From NCBI GenBank assembly GCA_038885755.1, contig JAVZZH010000002.1, positions 1 to 64,000 of the forward strand: DNA of 64,000 nucleotides, in the 5' to 3' direction. The notes under the pieces are model-generated. The model was not told the origin of the DNA. It searched no databases and saw only the letters and a program-made list of their open reading frames with translations. The DNA is from Candidatus Caldarchaeum sp. GTDB taxonomy: Archaea > Thermoproteota > Nitrososphaeria_A > Caldarchaeales > Caldarchaeaceae. Both the position numbers and the translations under genes were made by a program. Positions 28,408 through 37,699 of this stretch are shown in pieces (the stretch's first letter is position 1; the number at the start of each line of letters is the position of its first letter).

Positions 28408-29850
28408 GTGATGCACGACGTTCTCAAGAAGAAGAGAGGCTCGTTCTACACGCCTGACGAAGTCTTCAACCGTTACATTCTACCTAAGATAAGGGATGTT
28501 CTCTGGAGCTATACGTGGCTCGACCTCTACTGCGGCAGAGGCGATTTAATCATGCCTGTTCTGAAGGCGGTGGACGAGAGCAGGCGGAACGAGTTCTTCG
28601 ACGAACACGTTAGATGCTTCGACATCGACGAGAAGGCTCTGGCCTTGTTCGCAGAAAGGCTGAGACAGCTGGGGATCGAGGAGAAGCTGATAAACAAGAA
28701 CCTGATCCAAGGAGACACGCTGCAGCGGTTTCCAAAACTCAGCTTCAAACACCCGCTCTACCACATAACCAACCCTCCCTACCTCTACCGTGGCTACATG
28801 CCCAAAACCGAGAAGACAAGGGACTTGCTCAAGTATTTCGAGGGGGAGCGGGAGCCTCTGCAAGACCTGTATCAGGTGGCTTTGTTCAACGACCTCAAGC
28901 ACGGCTTGGAGAGAATGGTTTACATCATTCCGACGAACTTTCTTTTCGGCGACGCAAACGCAAGCCACATAAGGCAGCTTGTCTTCAGACACTACAACCT
29001 CACAGACCTGTACATACTCGAGAAGAAGGTCTTCGCAGAAACAGGCACAAACACATGCATCTGCTTCTTCCAGCGCAAGAACCAGCCGTCGGAAGAAGAC
29101 CAGACAGTCCACGCCACGAAAGTCTCTACCGAGGGGGAGAAGACACGGGTTTACAGGCTGTCCAAGCGGTTCAAGTGGAGGGCTGGCTCGGAGTTTTACG
29201 AGTTCGTCGAAAGGTTCAGAGCAACCAACCCCATAAGGTTCACATACTACCTGACGAGGAGAGAGGTCGAGGCCAACAAGGGCGAATACACGCTCGTCCT
29301 CCTCGACGTCAACAAATACACCAAAAGCATCGCGCGGGTCAACAAGGAGCTGTACGAAAAAGTCAGGAACAACTATTTGTTCCTCAAAACACTTGACACC
29401 GGAAGGTTCGAAGGCAAGGCCGGGCTGTACGAATGCAGGAAGGTTTTCGACGTCGATGGCATCTTGGTCTCAAAGCAGCACACCTACAGAACTCATCCGA
29501 TACAGGTATTCTTCGAGCCGAGGCTGAGCTACGAGGAACAGGTCTTCGTCAAAGACTGGTTCAACACAATCCTCAACAAGCTTAGACAGGAGCTTGACAG
29601 CGACTTCATGACAACATACAGAGAGACCACAAGGCATTACACGAGAAAATACCTAGGGCTTAACCAAGCGAGGGCCCTGATCGAGACATGCCCCCTGCTG
29701 GACATCGAACCCCACGAAAGGAGGCGCATAAACCTAACGAAGGAGTGGGTGGAAAAATATCTAGAGGCTAGGGGAAAAGAAGGAAACAATGCTCAAAGAC
29801 AGCCTACATTACTTGAATGTTTCAGCCCAACACTCCGAGCCTCTGATTGA
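28408..29850 (+). CDS. Amino (N6-adenine/N4-cytosine) DNA methyltransferase, gamma-type motif order, apparently orphan
   Basis: GSFYTP (motif X), DLYCGRGDL (I), FDID (II), TNPPY (IV), DLYQ, YIIPTNFL and VFAET. Confidence 0.85.
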   Translation: MMHDVLKKKRGSFYTPDEVFNRYILPKIRDVLWSYTWLDLYCGRGDLIMPVLKAVDESRRNEFFDEHVRCFDIDEKALALFAERLRQLGIEEKLINKNLIQGDTLQRFPKLSFKHPLYHITNPPYLYRGYMPKTEKTRDLLKYFEGEREPLQDLYQVALFNDLKHGLERMVYIIPTNFLFGDANASHIRQLVFRHYNLTDLYILEKKVFAETGTNTCICFFQRKNQPSEEDQTVHATKVSTEGEKTRVYRLSKRFKWRAGSEFYEFVERFRATNPIRFTYYLTRREVEANKGEYTLVLLDVNKYTKSIARVNKELYEKVRNNYLFLKTLDTGRFEGKAGLYECRKVFDVDGILVSKQHTYRTHPIQVFFEPRLSYEEQVFVKDWFNTILNKLRQELDSDFMTTYRETTRHYTRKYLGLNQARALIETCPLLDIEPHERRRINLTKEWVEKYLEARGKEGNNAQRQPTLLECFSPTLRASD

Positions 29851-30496
29851 CGAGATATTGGAGCTCAGACGGAGGTGATCAAGCGTGTTAAACGAATCGT
29901 CAAACATGTCTGCGAGAGGCGTGTCTTTGACGACGAGGCGCTTCTCCGGCTGCAACTTTTTCGTCAACACGAACGGCTTCAAGGTCCTTCTGGCAGACCT
30001 AGCCTCCTTGTGAGTCCCAATTAAACAGGAACCACGTTAACGTGTGAAAAAGTTTGGTCCGTCGGGCAGGGTTGTTGGTGTTGTGATGGGCCTTGCCGTT
30101 CTTCCTTCGGTTTTCATCCTACCCTTTCACGGCAAAACCCCCGACCACGCTCTTCAACATGGTTAGCCCGCTCGTCGAGAACACAGGCTTCATAACAAGC
30201 CTAGCGAGCCCGGCACCAGTCCTCTACGCCTACCTTCTCTTTGCAGGGCTTGTTGGTGTCGTCGTCTTGTAGCAACCATCGCTTCCTAGCATGCCACAGC
30301 CTGCTCGGGGGTTTTGGGTTCAGCGCAGCCCGGCCGCGGTAGGCGAGATCACCAGCCCACCAGTGTTCAAGCCCGAGAAACACGTCGTCCAGACCGCTGC
30401 ACCTAACCCGCCGCCGTGGCCTGCCGGTATCGCTGGGGATGCGGATGGTTTTTGGCTTTAGGGATGGGGGAGGTGGGATCGGTGTTTGGATTAAAC

Positions 30497-30510
30497 TTAT
30501 ATAGATATAA
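30497..30510. promoter_or_regulatory. Palindromic TATA region upstream of the RHH-cysM operon
   Basis: TTATAT-AG-ATATAA, about 20 nt upstream of ATG 30531. Confidence 0.45.
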
Positions 30511-30530
30511 TACATGGATGGGGTTGCGCT

Positions 30531-30749
30531 ATGGTTAAGCATATACTGGTTACGTTGTCGGACGAGCAGTACAAGTGCGTGTCCTTCCTACGGAACAAGA
30601 TGGGGTCTAGCGACGCCGAGGTTTTGAGGAACATCTTCCTTTCATGGCTTGCTGAGAAGGCCATGATTGGATGTTGGGAGACCGACCGAGCCGTCGAGGA
30701 GTTCCAGAAAAGATGGATGGAGAGGAAGGAGTCGAAGACGACTGTTTAA
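30531..30749 (+). CDS. Ribbon-helix-helix (CopG-like) DNA-binding protein
   Basis: Alternating beta strand KHILVTL, then SDEQY helix, and G.SDAEVLRNI second helix. Confidence 0.75.
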   Translation: MVKHILVTLSDEQYKCVSFLRNKMGSSDAEVLRNIFLSWLAEKAMIGCWETDRAVEEFQKRWMERKESKTTV

Positions 30750-30764
30750 ACCGGCTGGAAAGCC

Positions 30765-31688
30765 ATGACGTACGGCGGGGCTTTGCTCGAGAACGTCAAG
30801 GGCCGTGGTTTAGCCGAGTTCATAGGCAACACCCCCATGCTGCGCCTCAAGATGTTTGAAAAGCCGGGGGTCAAGCTGTTCGCAAAATGCGAGATGTTCA
30901 ACCCCGGAGGCAGCGTCAAGGACAGGCCAGCGCTGAGCATCGTGTTGGAGGCCGAGAGGAGCGGCTTGCTCACGCCGGACAAGACTTTGCTCGACGCCTC
31001 TTCAGGCAACACGGGCATCGCCTACGCCATGCTGGGAGCCTCCATGGGGTACAGCGTCAAGATAGTCGCCCCGTCTAACATCTCTAAAACCAAGCTGACG
31101 AAGATCAGAGCCTTCGGCGCCGACGTCGTCCTCACTAACGCACTGGAGGGCATGGATGGAGCTATCAAAAAAGCCCGGGAGATCTATGAAGAGGACCCTC
31201 GGAGGTATTATTACGCCGACCAGTACAGCAACCCAGCCAACCCGAGAGCCCACTACGAATCAACGGGGCCGGAGATCTGGCTGCAGACGGCCGGCGGCAT
31301 TACCCACCTGGTTGCAGGCGTCGGAACATCCGGAACCCTCCAAGGAACAGCTACTTTCCTCAAGGAGAAGAACCCCGAGATACGGGTTGTGGAGGTTCAG
31401 CCCGAGAACGAGTTCCACGGAATCGAGGGGCTCAAGTATATGAGCCCTCGGTCCAGGCCTCAGCTCTACCGTGAAGACATCGCCGACGATAGATACTACG
31501 TGAAGACGGAGGAGGCTGTCGAGATGACTAGGAGGCTTCTACGCTCCGGCGTCCCATCGGGTGTTTCGGGAGGCGCTGCAGCAGCGGCTGCACTGAGGCT
31601 GTTGAACGAGCTGGACAGGGGCCTCGTGGTCATCATCATACCCGACGACGTCTCCAACTACCCCGACCTAGAGAGCGGGCTCGGATGA
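30765..31688 (+). CDS. cysM: PLP-dependent cysteine synthase (CysM-like, probably sulfur-carrier dependent)
   Basis: IGNTP, NPGGSVKDR (PLP Lys), ASSGNTG, QYSNPAN and GVGTSGT; adjacent to JAB and CysO-like genes. Confidence 0.9.
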   Translation: MTYGGALLENVKGRGLAEFIGNTPMLRLKMFEKPGVKLFAKCEMFNPGGSVKDRPALSIVLEAERSGLLTPDKTLLDASSGNTGIAYAMLGASMGYSVKIVAPSNISKTKLTKIRAFGADVVLTNALEGMDGAIKKAREIYEEDPRRYYYADQYSNPANPRAHYESTGPEIWLQTAGGITHLVAGVGTSGTLQGTATFLKEKNPEIRVVEVQPENEFHGIEGLKYMSPRSRPQLYREDIADDRYYVKTEEAVEMTRRLLRSGVPSGVSGGAAAAAALRLLNELDRGLVVIIIPDDVSNYPDLESGLG

Positions 31689-32095
31689 TCGTGAAACGAG
31701 GCATCCTCGACCGCATCTTCAGAGAGTGTGAAGACGGATATCCGTATGAGGTTGCGGGGCTTATGCTGGCCAGCTCCGGACAGGTCGTCGAGATCCACCC
31801 CGTCTCCAACGTCCACGAAGATAACCGGCGAATCCGGTACAGGATAGACCCGTTGGAGTATTACCGGGCGGAGCTCGCCGCAGCCGAGCGCGGGCTTGAA
31901 GTGGTGGGCGTTTACCATTCCCATCCCGACGCGGCACCCATCCCCTCACGCTACGACCTCGAGTACGCTCTACCGGGATGGCTCTACCTAATCGTGTCCG
32001 TCTCGGGCGGCATGGTTGCGGGCTACGCTTGCTGGAAGGCTGTCGATCACGGGTCGGGTAAGGAGTTTGTCGAGGAGAGGGTGTCGGTTGAATGA
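31685..32095 (+). CDS. JAB/MPN+ (M67, Mec-like) metalloprotease
   Basis: YPYEVAGL (catalytic Glu) and YHSHPD...PSRYD JAMM motif; ATGA overlap with cysM. Confidence 0.93.
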   Translation: MIVKRGILDRIFRECEDGYPYEVAGLMLASSGQVVEIHPVSNVHEDNRRIRYRIDPLEYYRAELAAAERGLEVVGVYHSHPDAAPIPSRYDLEYALPGWLYLIVSVSGGMVAGYACWKAVDHGSGKEFVEERVSVE

Positions 32096-32137
32096 CTTCG
32101 AATTTATATACAGCTTTCAAACTATGGTAAAAGGCAC

Positions 32138-32680
32138 ATGCCTGTAAAGGTTTATCTCCCAACCCCCCTCCGGCAGTACGCCGACGGCAAGGACGTGGTT
32201 GAGGTTGACGGAGCGACGGTTGGAGAGGTTTTGAAGAGCCTAACTAACCGGTTCTCAGCCCTTCAGAAGCATCTTTTCACGGAGACAGGCTCCGTGAGAA
32301 GCTTTGTCAACGTCTTCCTCAACGACGAGGACATCCGGTATCTTGAAGGCCTTCAGACCAAGATCAAGGACGGCGACACGATCTACATCATTCCATCCAT
32401 CGCAGGCGGGTTGAGCGTTGCTCAGACCGTCTCGATAAGCAGGAAGCTCGGCCGGACAGTCAGGGAGCACGGCCGCATAACTGTACCGATGAAGCTTCTG
32501 AAAAAGGCTAGGAAGCGAGAGGTCTCGCTGGTGCTTGAAGACGTCAAGTATGTCTTCGAGGCCGACAAATACGGCAGGATCTATCTTCCCCCAGTTCTAA
32601 GGGAAAGGCTCGCCAACATGGCCGCCTTCGAGATCACTCTAGTCAACGGCGAGCTTTTCCTGAAGTTCAGAAGGTTCTAG
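32138..32680 (+). CDS. MoaD/CysO/SAMP-like ubiquitin-fold protein (internal Gly-Gly at aa 90-91) fused to a C-terminal MraZ/AbrB-like domain
   Basis: aa 1-91 VKVYLPTPLRQY..GATVGEVL..FVNVFLNDEDIR..DGDTIYIIPSIAGG; aa 92-180 has two xGRIxxP repeats (EHGRITVP, DKYGRIYLPPVLRE); own TATA (TTTATATA) about 28 nt upstream. Confidence 0.85.
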   Translation: MPVKVYLPTPLRQYADGKDVVEVDGATVGEVLKSLTNRFSALQKHLFTETGSVRSFVNVFLNDEDIRYLEGLQTKIKDGDTIYIIPSIAGGLSVAQTVSISRKLGRTVREHGRITVPMKLLKKARKREVSLVLEDVKYVFEADKYGRIYLPPVLRERLANMAAFEITLVNGELFLKFRRF

Positions 32681-32695
32681 GCCCTGGGTGCTCGC

Positions 32696-33097
32696 ATGCC
32701 GAAGTATGTGATAACGCTGGAGTCGGACGACGTCGAGGTTTCCTGCGAAGCTGCTTCTAAGGAGGAGGCGATGAGCCATGTCGACGACCTGATAGAGGTC
32801 TACAGAGCTGTGCTGGAGAGGTTGAGGGAGAAGCCGAAGACGACGGTCTCCAAGCGGAGGGGTAGGTCGGAGGCCGTGGAAGTGCTCAGGATACTCGAGG
32901 AGCAGCTCATACCGTCTTCTTTCTTCAGCCAACCTCGCTCGACGGCAGAGGTCAGGGAGAGGGTCTCCGAGCTCGTCAACGTTAGGTTCCAGAGCAGAAA
33001 GGTAAGCCAAGCTCTCGGCATACTCCACAAGAAGGGCGTCCTCTCAAGAGTGGGGTTGAGAGGGGACTACAAATACTATCTCAAAACAAGTAGGTAG
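32696..33097 (+). CDS. Hypothetical protein with a HicB-like N-terminus and C-terminal winged HTH
   Basis: EAASKEEAMSHVDDLIEVY; FFSQPRSTAEV..VSQALGILHKKGVLSR..YKYY. Confidence 0.65.
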   Translation: MPKYVITLESDDVEVSCEAASKEEAMSHVDDLIEVYRAVLERLREKPKTTVSKRRGRSEAVEVLRILEEQLIPSSFFSQPRSTAEVRERVSELVNVRFQSRKVSQALGILHKKGVLSRVGLRGDYKYYLKTSR

Positions 33098-33101
33098 GAA
33101 G

Positions 33102-33977
33102 ATGTCTCAGGTTCTTGAAACCGTCAAGGTTTACTTCCTGCTGACCAAGCCCAACGTCTGGTGGCTTCTCGCTTTCACAGGCGTGGCGGGGATGGTTGCG
33201 GGCTCGGGCGGGCTGCCCAACCCCTCGCTCTTCGCCGCTGCTTTTGCCGGGATAACGCTAGGCGTCGCCGGGACGGAGGCCGTCTCCAACTACATCGAGA
33301 GAAACCTCGACGCAAGCATGAAGAGAACCTCGCGCAGAGTTCTTCCCCGTGGACTGATATCGCCGGAGTGGAAGGCCCTAGCCTTTGGGCTGGGCTTGAT
33401 GGCTGTTTCGCTCGTGATTAGTTTCTCGATAAACCCTGTGGTTTTCTTCTTCATGTCCAGCGGGATGTTCAACTACTTGGTGATGTACGTGTTGTGGTCT
33501 AAAAGACGCACCCCTCTAAACATCATCATCGGCAGCTATTCGGGAGGTGCTCCGTTGATGGCCGGCTACACAGCAGCCAGCCTCTGGCCTACTCTAGAGG
33601 CCTGGATTCTAGCCGCCTTGATAGTGCTGTGGATCCCGCCGCACATCTGGAGCCTAGCCCTGATATACAGGGAGGACTACAGGAACGCCCACGTCCCCAT
33701 GCTGCCTGTCGTGGCTTCGGAGGCCACGGCCATACGCTGCATATCTTCAACAACCATAATCTCAGTCATCTTCACTTTCCTGCTATACGTTCTGTACCCC
33801 GAGAAGTATGGCTTGGTCTACTTGACGGCTGCCTTCCTCAGCGGAGCGGTTATAGCTGTGCCGTCCCTCGCCCTCATCGTCAAGCCGTCCAAAAGGTCGG
33901 CGTACACGTTGTTCAAGCTCACAAGCCCGCAGCTATTCATAATAATGATGGCCGTGATTGTTGACAACCTAGTCTGA
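33102..33977 (+). CDS. ctaB: Protoheme IX farnesyltransferase (heme O synthase)
   Basis: LLTKP, NYIERNLDASMKRTSRR, KRRTPLNI, WIPPHIWSL and DYRNAHVPMLP. Confidence 0.95.
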   Translation: MSQVLETVKVYFLLTKPNVWWLLAFTGVAGMVAGSGGLPNPSLFAAAFAGITLGVAGTEAVSNYIERNLDASMKRTSRRVLPRGLISPEWKALAFGLGLMAVSLVISFSINPVVFFFMSSGMFNYLVMYVLWSKRRTPLNIIIGSYSGGAPLMAGYTAASLWPTLEAWILAALIVLWIPPHIWSLALIYREDYRNAHVPMLPVVASEATAIRCISSTTIISVIFTFLLYVLYPEKYGLVYLTAAFLSGAVIAVPSLALIVKPSKRSAYTLFKLTSPQLFIIMMAVIVDNLV

Positions 33978-35543
33978 CCCTTCGGGCGGGCCGTATCCTC
34001 CCCCTCCCGCCGTGCGGATTATCAACGTATCACCCTTCTCCAGAACAACCACGTCCTTAGACCTAAGCTTCACCGTCTCACCGTCCGCCCTGACCACTAG
34101 GTACTCGCTGGGCGCTCCGTCTCCACCTCCCCGAAGACCCCAAGGCCTGTTCCTCGACCTCTCACCCATGACGGCGACGTTTATCCTCGCCAAAGCTTTC
34201 AAGCTCCTCTCAATACCCATGCCTCCCCTCCACCTGCCAACCCCTCCGCTGCCGTCCCTCAGCCTGTAGCACATGAAAAGCACGGGGTAGTAGTGCTCGA
34301 TCACCTCAACCGGCGTGTTGAGCGTGTTCGTCATGTGGCTGTGAATCCCGTCCACGCCGTCCATCCCCGGCCGAGCGCCTCCACCCCCTCCAATGGTTTC
34401 GTAGAACGCCCACGCCCTGCCAGTCTCGGGATGGATTCCACCCATCATCAGGTTGTTCATGCTGCCGTTGCTCGCCGCGGGAACCTTGTCGGGCATGGCC
34501 TGCGACAGGGCTTTGAAGAGAACGTCTACGATGCGCTGGCTTGTCTCCAAGTTGCCGGCCGCTACTGGCGCCGGCTTGACAGGGTTGACTATCGTTCCGG
34601 GAGGAGCGTGGATTGATATTGTGCGGAGGAAGCCGTCGTTGAGAAGTATCTCGGCCGGGAGAATCGTCTTCAGGGCGTAGGTGGTCGCCGCCGTCGTGAC
34701 CCCGAGCACGGCGTTTAGAGGTTTGTCAACCTGCTTATCAGTACCCTCGAAGCTGACGTCAAAGCCTTCAGAGTTTATCGAAACCCTGGCCCTGATTACC
34801 AAGTCCCTGTCATCGAGCTCTAGGCAGTCCTCGCCGTGCCAAGAACCGTGGGGGATCTTCTCCAGCTCCTTCTTGACGAGCTGATTCGTTCTGTCGAGTA
34901 TCTGCTCAACGGCCTCGTTGAAGACTTTGAAGGACACTTTGTCGATGAGCTCGACTACTTTCTTCTCGCCCATGAGGTTCGCCGCCACCTGAGCCCTGAG
35001 GTCTCCCAGCGTTGTCTCCGGCATGCGTGTGTTGGACTTGATTATCTCGACGACGTCGTCGACCAGCTTGTTCTTCTCCATCAGCTTTACGGGAGGTATC
35101 ACCAGCCCCTCCTGCCACAAGGTCTCCGCCCTTATCGATATGCTGGACGGGTCTATTCCCCCCACGTCGACTTGATGGGCTTTGTTGGCCACGTATGCGG
35201 CCAGCCGGCCGTTGAAGAAGACAGGCCTTATCGTGGTTACGTCGTTCAGGTGTGTTCCAGCGATGTAGGGGTCGTTCAGCACGAACATGTCGCCGGGAGA
35301 GACCTCGACGCCTTTCTGCTCCAAATACTTGATCGTGTTTCTCAGCCCTAGAGGCAGCGACCCTATGTGGACTGGGATGTGTTCAGCCTGCCCTATCAGC
35401 CTGCCCACAGAGTCGAGTATGGCGCAGCTGTGGTCCGCTCTCTCACGTATGTTGGGCGAAAAAGCCGACTTCCTCAAGGCCACGCCCATCTCCTCAGAGA
35501 TGTAGAGAAGGCTGTGCCTGACTATCTCGACCGTTATGCTCAC
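33969..35543 (-). CDS. hyuB: Hydantoinase B/5-oxoprolinase beta subunit
   Basis: SPNIRERADHSCA, HIPVH, NDPYIAGTHLND, YETIGGG and MTNT; GTGA overlap with the A subunit gives start 35543. Confidence 0.92.
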   Translation of the reverse strand: MSITVEIVRHSLLYISEEMGVALRKSAFSPNIRERADHSCAILDSVGRLIGQAEHIPVHIGSLPLGLRNTIKYLEQKGVEVSPGDMFVLNDPYIAGTHLNDVTTIRPVFFNGRLAAYVANKAHQVDVGGIDPSSISIRAETLWQEGLVIPPVKLMEKNKLVDDVVEIIKSNTRMPETTLGDLRAQVAANLMGEKKVVELIDKVSFKVFNEAVEQILDRTNQLVKKELEKIPHGSWHGEDCLELDDRDLVIRARVSINSEGFDVSFEGTDKQVDKPLNAVLGVTTAATTYALKTILPAEILLNDGFLRTISIHAPPGTIVNPVKPAPVAAGNLETSQRIVDVLFKALSQAMPDKVPAASNGSMNNLMMGGIHPETGRAWAFYETIGGGGGARPGMDGVDGIHSHMTNTLNTPVEVIEHYYPVLFMCYRLRDGSGGVGRWRGGMGIERSLKALARINVAVMGERSRNRPWGLRGGGDGAPSEYLVVRADGETVKLRSKDVVVLEKGDTLIIRTAGGGGYGPPEGSD

Positions 35544-37612
35544 CGCTTCATCACCAAGCACCCTGATCCGTCCACCGAAGCCCTCCAACCTTGAGGGATT
35601 ACAGTCGTCGAGTCATATTCCTCCACCACCGCAGGACCCTCAACTACGTCGCCGACTTGGAGCGAGTCGCGTCTGATGACGGTGGAGTCGACAAACTCCT
35701 GCCCGAAGAAGACACGTCTGATCCTGACGCTCTTGGTGGTGGAGGAGTTGGGCCTTTGAGTGAAGACCGGCCGCTTCGACGGAACAACCACCGCTACCCT
35801 AGCCGCAACCACCTCTATCTTCTCGCCGGAGTGAGTATACCCGTAGGTTGCTTCATGCTTCTCCTCGAAAAGCTCCAACGCTCTGCGGAGGTTCAGAGGC
35901 CTGCTTGCCTCCACCTCTATCTCGTAGCCCTGACCGCTGTATCTGAGGTCTAGGCTCCGCAGAACGCTGGACCCGCTGAGGTCAAGCCTTCTCGACAGCT
36001 GGTTGAGTGCGTTTGTCTCGATCTCTCGAAACAAGTTTTCGAGGAGGTTTTCGTCGCCGGGCTCGATTACTTTGACGAGACCCTTTACGTAGGTGTATCT
36101 CATGTCGGTCATCAATAGCCCGAGGGATGAGAAGAGGCCGGGGTTGGGCGGTATGATCACGGTTGAGACTCCGATGTGCTGGGCCAGCTCAGCCGCATGC
36201 ATGGGTCCTGCTCCCCCGAACGCGAAGAGGACGAACTCAGTGGGGTCTAGGCCTCTCTCCAGCGTCACGATGTGTATAGCCCTCGCCATCTGGAGGTTGA
36301 TGAGCACAAGCGAAGCCCATGCACATTCGACGACGCTCATCCCAACCCTTTCCGAAACACGCCTCAAAGCTTCCTCCGCAAGCCTCTTGTCCAGCTTCAT
36401 CATACCCCCGAGCAGGTACTCGACCCTGCCCAGCACAAGGTTGGCGTCAGTTATCGTAGGCATCACTCCTCCAAGCCCGTAGCAGGCGGGCCCCGGCTCA
36501 GCTCCAGCGCTCAACGGCCCGACTCTGAGAAAACCTCCCGGGTCAGCGTCTATGACGGTCCCGCCGCCAGCGCTGACCTCAGCCAAGTCGATTGATGGAA
36601 ACCTCACCGGGTAGCCGCTCCCCTTGACCATCCTCCCCATATGCACCCTGCCGCCCACCTCTATCTCGGGCACGTAGGTAGGCTGGCCGTCGACGACGAC
36701 TCCGGCTTTGGCGGTCGTCCCACCCATGTCGAGGCTGATGACTCTCCTGTAGCCCGTCAACGCAGCCAGCTTAGACGCGCCGATGACTCCCGCAGCAGGC
36801 CCCGACTCGATGCAAGCCACAGGCCTCGTCGCAGCCTCCAACACGTCCACAAGCCCGCCCGCAGAACTCATTATCTGCACAGGCGCCGCAACCCCTATCT
36901 CCACAAGCCCACGCCTAACAGACTCAAGGTATCGCGCAACCACGGGGGCTAGGGCTGCGTTGACGACTGTTGTGCTCGTCCTCTCGTACTCCCTGTGCTC
37001 TGGGTCAACTTCGTAGGACGCGAAGACAGGCACCCGGAGCCTTTCAGCCAGATGGTTCTTAGCCTTAACCTCGTTGGCGGGGTTGACGTAGCTGTTAAGG
37101 AAAGAGACAGCCACAGCCTCGACTCCTAACTTCTTCAAGGCTTCCGCGACTTTTTCCAGCTCCTCCACGCTAACCTCCTTCAACACGTTCCCACGGCTGT
37201 CAACCCTCTCCGCCACCTCCAGCCTCCTCTCCCTCGAGACGACCGGGCTAGGCCTCTGGTAGAACAAGTTGTAAAGCTCAGCCCTGTTCTGCCTGCCTAT
37301 CTCGAGAACATCCCTGAAACCAAGCGTGGTGATCAGTCCAACCCGTGGAACCCTCAGGCCGAGCTGGCCCCTGAAAAGGTTCGTCCCGATGGTGTTGACG
37401 TGGACAACCATCTCCACCGCGCCGGGCTCAACCCCGTCCATCTCCAGAAACGACTTCACAGCGTTGAGGAAACCGTTCTCAGGGCTTGACGGAGTGCTCC
37501 TCACTTTGACCTTGAACATCCGACCGCTCTCCATGTCGACGGCGACAAGGTCCGTGAAAGTCCCGCCAACGTCTACAGCGACGTGAACCCGAGCCGGCAT
37601 AAGCCGCTTCAT
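35540..37612 (-). CDS. hyuA: Hydantoinase A/5-oxoprolinase alpha subunit
   Basis: DVGGTFTD, EYERTST, ESGPAAG, DMGGTT, SAGAEPGPACY and FGGAG. Confidence 0.93.
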   Translation of the reverse strand: MKRLMPARVHVAVDVGGTFTDLVAVDMESGRMFKVKVRSTPSSPENGFLNAVKSFLEMDGVEPGAVEMVVHVNTIGTNLFRGQLGLRVPRVGLITTLGFRDVLEIGRQNRAELYNLFYQRPSPVVSRERRLEVAERVDSRGNVLKEVSVEELEKVAEALKKLGVEAVAVSFLNSYVNPANEVKAKNHLAERLRVPVFASYEVDPEHREYERTSTTVVNAALAPVVARYLESVRRGLVEIGVAAPVQIMSSAGGLVDVLEAATRPVACIESGPAAGVIGASKLAALTGYRRVISLDMGGTTAKAGVVVDGQPTYVPEIEVGGRVHMGRMVKGSGYPVRFPSIDLAEVSAGGGTVIDADPGGFLRVGPLSAGAEPGPACYGLGGVMPTITDANLVLGRVEYLLGGMMKLDKRLAEEALRRVSERVGMSVVECAWASLVLINLQMARAIHIVTLERGLDPTEFVLFAFGGAGPMHAAELAQHIGVSTVIIPPNPGLFSSLGLLMTDMRYTYVKGLVKVIEPGDENLLENLFREIETNALNQLSRRLDLSGSSVLRSLDLRYSGQGYEIEVEASRPLNLRRALELFEEKHEATYGYTHSGEKIEVVAARVAVVVPSKRPVFTQRPNSSTTKSVRIRRVFFGQEFVDSTVIRRDSLQVGDVVEGPAVVEEYDSTTVIPQGWRASVDGSGCLVMKR

Positions 37613-37699
37613 GACCAGAGGTGCTTAGTTTTTAAACATATGGTGGTAATTGGAGCATGAGTTATTTTTATATAGAGAGCTAGCTGATAACCAACCGTA

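Noticed and set aside
28614-29396. 260-aa alternative-frame ORF inside the methyltransferase
   Set aside because: Arg/Gln-rich shadow ORF expected from codon bias, with no protein motifs.
30200-30470. GC-rich intergenic stretch considered as SRP RNA or RNase P RNA
   Set aside because: I found no SRP helix-8 motif or RNase P conserved motifs on either strand; it looks more like decayed coding sequence.
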